This document shows positions 1 to 10,358 of a DNA stretch of 64,000 nt, piece by piece. Made by a program: the position numbers and the translations under genes. Numbering within the stretch: position 1 is the stretch's first letter; each line of letters begins with the position of its first letter. The notes under the pieces were generated by a model, which saw nothing but the letters and a program-made list of their open reading frames with translations, did not search any database and was not told the origin of the DNA. Source of the DNA: Octopus vulgaris (lineage: Eukaryota); contig OX597832.1 in assembly GCA_951406725.2 (NCBI GenBank), positions 33,232,001 through 33,296,000 of the forward strand, read 5' to 3'.

Positions 1-327
1 GTCCCTAGATGCAGTTCCGGCAGCCGGGGGTGTTTGTCTCCCCTTCGTATATGTATATAAGGACACAGGGAAAAAAATGTGTCAAAGCTATCAGGTGGCG
101 TTCGATGCTTCCTAGGGCTATACAGCGGTGGTGTACCCCCTACTGTCACGTTCTTGTTAGATTGACAGTATACAACCATTCTATATATATATATATATAT
201 ATATTCCGACCGTATCAATGAATTTCGACTCTGATCAGAGACAAAATCCATTGATACGGTCGCAAATGAGACGACGAAGAAGCTTTCTGGGATAAATATT
301 TAAATGAGTAATGGAGGGGGACTTGAA

Positions 328-1250
328 CCGGATTAACGTTGCATAGGAAACCATGGCAGCGCAAATTCTTCTTCCTATTCTTTCCGTAATTATCTTAACG
401 TTTATTCTTTTATTTTTTTCTACTTTTCAGTCGTTTGACTGCGGCCGACACTCATTTGTTCCGTACTCGGTAACATTACTGACGGACGTTTCATCTGAGG
501 ATCGTTTATTTACGACTATTTATTCCACGATCGATATGCATGTGTGTATGTATGCATGCATATGTCGTAGATGATCATATTGTCATTGATTTCGTTATAT
601 TTGTTGTTCAACCCCAGGTCGGTCATAACTGAACAGATATAAGTTCAGTCACGCTTTCCGTAACCATCAGTTTTTTTATGTATTTCTCTTTACAATCTCC
701 AACAACATTTTATTACTTCTTAGAACGATGATGTATGATTTGATAGAATTTAGCTGCTATTTCTGTTGGTCGAGCGACCGTATGTTCTCCATTTCCTGCA
801 AGTATTTGTGACTTGTTATTGTCGTTGCTATTCTTAATGTTAAGCCAGAGTTTGTATGTAACTGCGCAAATGCATGTTTCAATGACTTCCATCCGTGACA
901 GTCACGATCTAGTATTTCTTGCAGCAAGCATGTCCAATATGACATATTCCTCTTAAAATGATCGGTCATGATTTGAAGGAATGTGGTTGCTATTTCTAGC
1001 AGATATTCTGCCAACCTAGAAAAGCCCTTATTTTCTCTATCGATCGTAGAATAAATACTCGTAAATAAACGATCCTCAGATGAGATGTCCGTCAGTAATG
1101 TAACCGAGTATTGTAACAAATGAGAAGCAGGAACCAGGCACGAAGATAATCATGATATTTACCAGAATTACAATTAAACGTTAAGATAATTAGAGAAAGA
1201 AGGAGAAGAAGAATTTGCACTGGCATGGTTTCCGTATGCAACATTAATCC
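328..1250. repeat. Diverged inverted repeat (about 328-537 vs 1036-1250)
   Basis: tactcggtaacattactgacggacgtttcatctgaggatcgtttatttacga vs tcgtaaataaacgatcctcagatgagatgtccgtcagtaatgtaaccgagta. ORFs 353+ and 757- share YSVTLLTD.SSEDRLFT.IYSTID. Confidence 0.88.
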
Positions 1251-2139
1251 AAAATCCAGTTTGACATGTTGTGTAGCTCCGGTTTATTTATGGATAAAGG
1301 ACAGAATACAAGCAACATCTAGTCATTATGGTTGTTCAGAGCAACAGCGCGGAGAATTTCGACATGTTGCAGTGCTTGCCTCATTAAAATAGTTTATATC
1401 AGTGGACATGACAAACTTAATGATAAACCGCCTTCTTAATGGAGTTTAAAGTCAACGAAGCAGTAATTATTTGTGGAAAAGTAACCAATAACCACAAGCT
1501 CTTCCTTAGAACTTACAAATGATATATTTTGGTGGACTTTGGACATTAGTTCAATGTTCTTGTATAGAATGATTGGGCAGAACGAAACAGCCAGTTATTT
1601 CAGTTGGCAATTTTATGCTGGAATTTTAAAAATATATCATATAATTAGTGGAGAATTCTATTTTTATTAATCAGAGAGTGGAACCATGTATAATATGCAG
1701 TCGGTTGGAATATGGCGTCGAATTGGTGGAATGGTTAGGGCTGCATTACTTTCTTTTAGCTCGCCGGGTTTAATCTCACCTTTCGTATTTCCTGGTGATA
1801 AATTAAAACCCATTAGGGTTCGAAACTCCAGGGTGAGTAGTCCACCCTTCTCAAATGGTCCCTGAATAAGGGTTGTTTCGAGATGATGAACGAAACACAC
1901 GTTTCCACATGTGAATTATTTAAACCACAAAGAATTCCTCTCAAAACATGGCTGTGATGCCCCCCACTACTTCTGCTGTGATCACAGATGCATATATTAT
2001 CAGCCTCCAAAAGACATGCTCACCTGGCCAAGTTCAATCAACTGACAAGCAAATCTGTGGTATTGATCAGAATATTTGCTGCAGCCCATCTTTTATACCA
2101 AGACAAAACAATGTACATAACACTTCCAAATAGTTTGTA

Positions 2140-2286
2140 TTGCATTGGGTCGTTGCTTGGGACAAGGAAATCAACGAGGAGACGTGATTTTTGCCTCAAA
2201 TCCTTCAATATAATGTCTGGCCTATTTACATCCATCTTTCTGTCAGTTTGAATGGTAAAGCTGCAATAAAATTCTCTGCTGATGGC

Positions 2287-2287
<1 letters not shown>
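2140..2287 (-). mobile_element. Dong/R4 REL-domain fragment
   Basis: Minus strand reads FTIQTDRKMDVNRPDIILKDLRQKSRLLVDFLVPS, matching the TDR..NRPDI..KD..LID..VP motif of the long ORF. Abuts (TTA)n 2288-2375. Confidence 0.75.
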
Positions 2288-2375
<88 letters not shown>

Positions 2376-2378
<3 letters not shown>

Positions 2379-2949
2379 TAGTTTTATTTTTATAGCGTGC
2401 TTTCACTTCACTACCGAGCGCAGCTCTGTGTGCCTTGGGTATGTGCTGTGATTTGGTGTGATGCTCTGATGGTTATTGTATGGAAAGTGTTCTGCGTAGG
2501 ATGTGTGCGGTGCCTAGTAGTGCAATTTTCTGTATGTTATATGTGTTTGTAAGTCCTGGTGTTTTTGTTATGTATTTGTCTGAATATTTTTTTATCATGC
2601 CTAATGCACCTACTATGATAGGAATTGTTTCTGTTTTCAGATTCCACATTCTAGTTACCTCTATTTCCAGGTCTTTGTATTTTGAGAGTTTCTCCATTTC
2701 TTTTAGAGACACGTTGTCATCTGCCGGTATTGATACATCAATTAAAAAGCATTTTTTTCTTCATGATCTCTGACAACTATATCTGGTCTGTTGGCCTTAA
2801 TTTCTCTATCTGTGTGTATCGGCATATCCCAGAGTATGGTTGCTTTCTCGTTTTCTGTGACCTTTTCTGGTGTGTGCCTATACCATCTTTTTTCTGTTGT
2901 TATTCCATAATGTTGGCATAGCTTCCAATGTATGTAGGTTCCAACTCTG
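2376..2949 (-). mobile_element. 5'-truncated Dong/R4 copy (REL C-terminus + 3' UTR), frameshifted
   Basis: ORFs 2742-3158 and 2473-2712 give RVGTYIHWKLC...ILWDMPIHTDREIKANRPDIVV and KLSKYKDLEIEVTRMWNLKT...ALLGTAHILRRTLS. (TTA)n on both sides. Confidence 0.9.
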
Positions 2950-2967
2950 TTATTATTATTATTATTA

Positions 2968-3155
<188 letters not shown>

Positions 3156-3189
3156 CATTATTATTATTATTATTGTTGTTATTATTATT

Positions 3190-3733
3190 CAGTAGTCTTA
3201 TTTTTATAACGTGCTTTCACTTCACTACCGAGCGCAGCTCTGAGTGCCTTGGGTAGGTGCTGTTATTTGCTGTGGTGTTCTTATGGTTACTGTATTGAAA
3301 GCTTCTTGCGTAGGATATGTGCAGTGCTCAGTAGTGCAATTTTCTCTACGTTATACATATATTTGTTAGTCCTGGTGATTTGTTATGTATTTGTCTGAAT
3401 ATTTTTTATCATACCTACTATGATAGGAATTGTTTCTGTTTTTAGAGTCCACATTCAAGTTACCTCTATTTCCAGGTCTTTGTATTTTGAAAGTTTCTCC
3501 TTTTCTTTTAGAGAAACGCTGTCATCTGCTGGTATTGATACATCAGTTAGAAAGCATTTTTCGTCTTGATCTCTGACAACTATTTCTGACCGTCTGGCCT
3601 TAATTTCTCTACCTGTGTGTATTGGCATATCCTATAGCATTGTGGCTTTCTCATTTTCTGTGACCTTTTCTAGAGTGTGTTTATACCATCTTTTTTCTGT
3701 TGTTATTCCATACTGTTGGTATAGCCCCTAGTG
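3190..3733 (-). mobile_element. Second, more decayed Dong/R4 copy of the same subfamily as 2376-2949
   Basis: Colinear nucleotide similarity to 2376-2949 (e.g. gtgctttcacttcactaccgagcgcagctctg; gttacctctatttccaggtctttgtattttga). Flanked by (TTA)n. Confidence 0.88.
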
Positions 3734-3796
3734 TATTATTGCCATTGTTATTATTATAATTATTATTATTATTATTATCATTATTATTATTATTAC

Positions 3797-3850
<54 letters not shown>

Positions 3851-3860
3851 TATTATTATT

Positions 3861-4047
3861 GATATACACAAAAGAGGTTAAACAAGTATCTTAGATGCGA
3901 AGATGGAGCTGTACTAATCTGGGTTTTATAATTACTTACTCTATCCATCTGTTGAATGTTTTAGCGATAGTTCCTAACGTACCTATAACTATTGGGATAT
4001 ATTTTACCCGCACTTTACATAGTGTCTGTAATCCAAAGGCTAGGCCC
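3861..4047 (-). mobile_element. Divergent RLE-retrotransposon 3' fragment
   Basis: Minus strand GLAFGLQTLCKVRVKYIPIVIGTLGTIAKTFNRWIE resembles the IPIVIGALG C-terminal motif. It ends at (TAA)n. Confidence 0.6.
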
Positions 4048-4380
<333 letters not shown>

Positions 4381-4879
4381 TGTCGTCGTTGTTGTTAAGC
4401 ATAAATATCATCCACATCTCACGTAATACCGGCTATTTCATCATTTCTGGCGCGGTGTTTCATTTCGGTCAGCGCCATCTCCACCTTTCACACCGCCGTC
4501 GTTGTCCTTCCTCTTCATCATCTCACCATCATTACAAAAGATATATTACAATACAGTAACAATCCAAACAATCGCTATTATAGTTTTCATCATTAATAGG
4601 TTATTGTAATAGTCGCTATTCCTCTTCTTGTGACTATTATATTTGTCACCTTCCTCATCATTGTCATCGTTGTCATCGTTATCATAAACAGCGGAGACAG
4701 CAGCGATAACAGCTGTGGAGGTGGCGGCGACGGGGCTACTGGTGTTGGGAGGGGGAGGAGGTGACCGTAGTAGAAAACGGTAGTGGTAGCAGTGTCAGCT
4801 GCTGTGTTCAGCTATGTCTTAGAATCGTCGTAGAGAGCAGGAGGAGGGTGAAGGGAGTAGGGGATGGTGTAAAAACAGA

Positions 4880-4966
4880 AGAGGGAGAGGAAGAAGAAGA
4901 AGAAGAAGAAGAAGAAGAAGAAGAAGAAGAAGAAGAAGAAGAATTTGAAGAAGAACAACAACAAGT

Positions 4967-4997
<31 letters not shown>

Positions 4998-5001
4998 CAT
5001 A

Positions 5002-5032
<31 letters not shown>

Positions 5033-5320
5033 CGATGATGATGATGACGATGATGATGATTATGATTATATAAAAGAAGAAGCAAGCGGAGGAGGAGGAG
5101 GAAGGGGAGAAGAAGAAGAAGAAAAAGAAGAAGAAGAAGAAGAAGAAGAGAAGAAAAAGAAAGTAGTAGAAGAAGGAGAAGAAGAAGAAGAAGAAGAAGA
5201 AGAAGAAGAGAAGAAGAAAGTAGTAGAAGAAGGAGAAGAAGAAGAAGAAGAAGAAGAAGAAGAAGAAGAAGAAGAAGAAGAAGAAGAAGAAGAAGAAGAA
5301 GAAGAAGAAGAAGAAGAAAG
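4880..5320. repeat. Compound (GAA)n/(GAT)n microsatellite
   Basis: Direct reading. It explains the poly-E/D ORF. Confidence 0.97.
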
Positions 5321-6239
5321 ATTATAAAGAATGATCCTCGTGTCTTCTACTTTTTCTGTGTCCATCAGCGACCCAGACATCGAATTATAAGTTGATTAAT
5401 GATGGTCACTTCCTATCAACTATAATTCCTCTCTTGAATTCGTTCTTGTGTAAATTGATGAGACAATCAAAAGATTATGCTGTCTGCAACCAGTTTGATT
5501 TACAATACAACGTGCCGAGAGATAACCATTCATAAAAACGAATAAAGAAATAGCAATCGATATACCTACATACATATGTACGTTTATGTAGGTATGTATA
5601 TATTAATGCATACATACCTATATATATATATATATATACATGATATATATTATATGTATATATATATATACATATATATATGTAGGTATGTATATATTAA
5701 TATATACATACCTATATATGTATATATATATTTATATATATATGATATTTTATATTATATATATATATATATATATATGTATATGCATATATAAATATAT
5801 ATATATATATATGTATATATAGTGTAATAAATAAAATATATGCATACATACAAACATATATATATATATGTATGTATATATATGTATATATATGCGTGTA
5901 TATGTATTTGTGTGTAAGTATGTATGTATCTGTGTCTGTGTGGACAAAAGAAAAGTCGCACTTAAACACTTTTGGTAAGAGTTACACATAACATTTAATA
6001 ACGTTTTGACTCCATGCATCTTCAAGTCTCGTGGACTCAGAGATCGAACTTAGCACGTCAGGTATTTGGAGATCAAATGTTAAGCTACGTAGAACAAAGA
6101 CAAACTGGCATTAAAGCTTTCTGGGTCGATGTTGTAGACGGAAACGGAAAGAAAACTGTCGTACGTGCACACACACACACACACATACACATACATACAC
6201 ACACACACATACACACACACACACATATTTTCACATGAA

Positions 6240-6333
6240 TCGCTACCCAATTATCGTCCCACTTTTCTTGAACACCCTACTGGAACCTACCACCGCACCC
6301 AGGTGTCAATACGGCCCACTTTGGGAACCACTG
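6240..6333. mobile_element. hAT-Charlie MITE end
   Basis: Ends with ctttgggaaccactg, the reverse complement of a CAGTGGTTCCCAAAG TIR. Confidence 0.45.
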
Positions 6334-6335
6334 GT

Positions 6336-6730
6336 AGAGGATATCGACCCCTTACTTGTTTTTCTAAAATGCACCATAAGTGTACAATAATATTGAGATC
6401 TGGAGTCTGTGGTGGCCAGATACGATGTTCAACTTCACTAGAATGTTCCTCGTGCCGTTCAGTAAAATTGTAGCTGTGTAAGACCTCACATTTCGGCTGT
6501 TTTCGTTACGCTAGCGACCGACATACGAACACCAACAATTTGACCTCTTTGAAAGTCTGATTCATCATTAATTTTAATGAATTTTAATTACCTTTTTCTG
6601 ATGAAATCTGGAACGAAACAGCAATCTTAGCAAAATATGTAAGGAACACTAATAATAAATTAAAAAAAACATAAAAATAAGCAAGCTTTTGACGATTTAA
6701 TAGATATTTCAAAATCGTGATGCTATGATG
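6336..6730 (-). mobile_element. Internally deleted Tc1-family transposon relic
   Basis: Minus strand HRIWPPQTPDLNIIVHLWCILEKQV is the Tc1 WPxQSPDLNPIE.W motif. 6495-6720 matches 52945-53160. Confidence 0.8.
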
Positions 6731-6775
<45 letters not shown>

Positions 6776-7431
6776 ATATATGCATATATACATAAATATA
6801 TGTACATACCTACATACGTATTTATATATATATATATATATACATGCATATATGGGTACAGGACGTCGAAAAACGTGATCAAAATGAGAAACGAGAACAT
6901 AAAAAACAAAAACATGGAAAACGAACTGTTTTTTTCGAACGAAAAAACAATTAGAGAAACGAGACAGACGACGTAATGCACATTCCCTAGTTACAGAGAG
7001 AGAGGGAGAGAGAGATGCTATTTTATAGGCTGTTTAGAGTAAAGTACAAAGAATAATATCATTTAATGATTGACAGAAGAATAGGAATTGCACGACCACT
7101 TTAATAAGCTTGCTGATACTTTTTGCAGAAACAGTTAATGACCGTAATTGCTGCTCGTCGGTATAACATTTGAAACGAATGGCGCTGGTAATGAATTGTC
7201 CCTCTTTTATCTTTATTCATTTACATCCAATTCTAGGCCTGCATCTTCAAACCATTTATAATACTTTGCACTTTACTGTTATTCATTTTCTCTGGTTTAT
7301 ACGTTATTTCTATATCTGGATCTACATTATTGAATTATCAAACCAATGTTAATTATAATTCAATTTTTCAGTAACTGCTGCCCTCCTGAGAAATGCGCTG
7401 CACCGGATGGAGTATTTGGGCAGCGAATATC

Positions 7432-7849
7432 TATTACTTTTTATTGTCCTCAGGGGGCTAAACATAGAGAGGACAAACAAGGACAGACAAACGGATTAAT
7501 TTAATTACATCGACCTCAGTTCGTAACCGGTACATATTTAATCGACCCCGAAAGGATGAAAGGCAAAGTCGACCTCGGCGGAATTTCAACTCAGAACGTA
7601 AAGACAGACGAAATACCTATTTCTTTACTACCTACAAGGGGCTAAACACAGAGAGGACAAATAAGGACAGACAAACGGATTAAGTCGATTACATCGACCC
7701 CAGTGCGTAACTGGTACTTATTTAATCGACCCCGAAAGGATGAAAGGCAAAGTCGACCCCAGAGGAATTTGAACTCAGAACGTAAAGACAGACGAAATAT
7801 CTCCACGCATTTTGTCCGGCGTGCTGACGTTTCTGCCAGCTCACCTTCT
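7432..7849 (-). mobile_element. Tandem (dimeric) SINE with TSD
   Basis: Two units of about 187 bp (7432-7618, 7619 onward). Flanking direct repeat tttg(g/t)gcagcgaatatc at 7415-7431 and 7850-7866. Decayed relatives at 43025-43195, 27925-28060, 13230-13340 and 32770-32880. Confidence 0.85.
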
Positions 7850-8452
7850 TTTGTGCAGCGAATATCGCCGAACCTTCTCCACTGCAACACATTTGTAATC
7901 ATGTCTTCGAGACGCGGCTACACACACCGTTTGTTCTGTAGTTTACATTTTCTTCCTGCCCCATCATCTTCTGCTGCTCCATTTCCACTCCCAATTTTTA
8001 GATTGGTCTCCTTGGTGAGGTGGTTATGAGAATTTTCTCGATAATTTCATCTTTCCAATGTTTTCTTCCTTTTCTTTCTGTAAAAATGTGTTAATATGAA
8101 TAGTTTACTGCTTTAAATATAAATTTTCTTTCTTTCATTCATTTCTCTGCTATTTCTCCTCAGATGTTATTTCTGTTACATCCCGCATCGTAATTGACAT
8201 CTCACTCAAATAATTTAGCGCTTGCTTTTAACCGTTAGATTGCGATACAATATTATTTATACATAATGAAAGTAATAGGCTATCTATTTGATTTACACCT
8301 AATCGATAGAGATTACGTCTGCTACAAGTAATCTTTTTAGTCGTGACAGGTTCTTATGCTTTCTTTTCTACAGTGAACTTAGGTTTTTCATATATATTTA
8401 TTGGAATGGTTGCATCGCTGTAATGTCTTGCATTTTTAAAGAAATTACATAT

Positions 8453-8497
<45 letters not shown>

Positions 8498-8559
8498 AAT
8501 TGATCTCGGTAAACAATGTCAACAAAAAGAGTACTGCTTCTAATGAGAGTCCAATATTA

Positions 8560-10210
8560 ATATATGCGTTTCACTCCACAAGTATTAAGTACGATTATCA
8601 GGGGCTGATTATTCTATGAAACCGAAAAGTTTAAATAGAAGAGCGGACGAAAGGCGATTTCTAATGGAAGATTCCACTAAATGTAAGCTACCAAATTGAA
8701 CCGATGAAGAGCGTTCAGAGGAAATTAAATCAACAATTAATAAACATAAAGAATAAAGTAAAATGATAAGGTTATAAATTATAAGAATTATGAAAATTGA
8801 ATTAAATTATAAACGTGTCAATATATATAAAATATGAAAATACACATGGCTCTACAGATAATCGAAAGGCTATACAAATATATACACCTACTTCAGCAAT
8901 ATTGCAAATCGCAAATTAAACAAGTACGTAAAAATATAAAATATAGATAATTGCATAAAATTATAAGTGGAAATCTCAATGGTGTCTTATAAAAATCTAT
9001 AATTATAATGTATAAAGATAAAATTACAGACAAAATATGAAAGGATGGAAAAAATATAATGTATGTATATCCATGAGGTATAAATCGACACAATGAAAGA
9101 AGGAAATATATCTATATTCTTAGGCGTTATAAAGTAAGTTTGAAAAAGTGACCAATCAATCGGGAATCGGCGTAATCTTCCAAATTTTTATGATATATTT
9201 AAATATGTGTTTACATTTGCTAAAAATCTCTGACCTCGAGTTCCACATCGAGTTCGGAATCTGGGATGTAATTAAAATCTGCGCCCTTTCAGCCAAAAAC
9301 ACGCTACGCTAACCACATGGTATCATTCTGTCACAGGGAGAAAAGCAAAACCAGAAAGTTGGCGAGACACATTTGCGCCATGAAAGGGAAAAACATAACA
9401 AATGTGATCAAATGGAGAATAACGGAAAGGTCTAAACCACACATGAATGGATTTAATAGATGTATGCTTTGCTTGGCTGAAAGATACAGGTTTTATTTAG
9501 ATCCGAGATAGCAGACGCGATATTGAACACGAGGTTAGTGGTATGTTCAAATATATCGTAAGAAATTGGAAAATTTCACTAATTCTCGAAAGATTTGTCA
9601 TTTCTTTCTATCATTCTTTGTAACACCTGGGAATATAAATATAGTTCCTTCTGTCATTGTGTCGATTTATATTTCATATTTATATTTACATTATATTTTT
9701 CCACTCTTTTATATTCCTTTTGTAATTTTTTTTTAATATATCATAATTATAGACCTTTATAACAGACACCATAGAGCTTTTCCACTTATGGTTTTATGTA
9801 ATTTATATATTATTATTTGTATTTTTATGTACTTGAATACTTTATGTATCATAGAGAGCTTATGTACTTGTATATATTTGTATAGCCTTTGGATTATCTG
9901 TAGATCTATATCCCTTTTCATATTTTATATGTTGATATGTGTATAATTTAATTCAGTTTTCATAATTGTTATAATTCAAAACCACATCATTTCACTTTAC
10001 TTTTTATGTTTGTTTCCGGTTTCATTTCATCTTAACTCTCTGCAACATTTTAGTTTGGTAGCTCAACTGTAGTGGAATCTTCTAGTAAATATGGTTTGCT
10101 TTAGCATCGCCTCTCACCCGGTTCTCTATTTAAACTTCTTGCTTTCATAGAATTATCAGCGCGTGAGGAAGGTACTTGTAACGAACCTGAAATACCTTGT
10201 GGTAGTTAGT
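8560..10210 (+). mobile_element. Penelope-like element relic: GIY-YIG endonuclease C-terminus with inverted pseudo-LTR arms
   Basis: 9296-9511 reads KTRYANHMVSF...KLARHICAMK...IKWRITERSKPHMNGFNRCMLCLAERY, like a PLE endonuclease tail. About 8600-9100 is a diverged reverse complement of about 9640-10160 (e.g. ctacagataatcgaaaggctatacaaatatatac vs gtatatatttgtatagcctttggattatctgtag). Confidence 0.7.
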
Positions 10211-10260
10211 TACTGCTATTTAAGTTATGAATTCAAATCCAAATGATCGAAATGTTTTCA

Positions 10261-10318
<58 letters not shown>

Positions 10319-10324
10319 GTAGTA

Positions 10325-10358
<34 letters not shown>

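Noticed and set aside
4761-5327. 188-aa acidic ORF (poly-E/D)
   Set aside because: It is a translation of (GAA)n/(GAT)n microsatellites with no domain.
6598-6630. CTGATGA...GAAA hammerhead-like string
   Set aside because: There are no helices, it lies in the Tc1 5' region, and it is not conserved in the 53040 copy.
7432-7849. CRISPR-like or satellite array
   Set aside because: There are only two units, both SINE-derived, in a eukaryotic context with no spacers.
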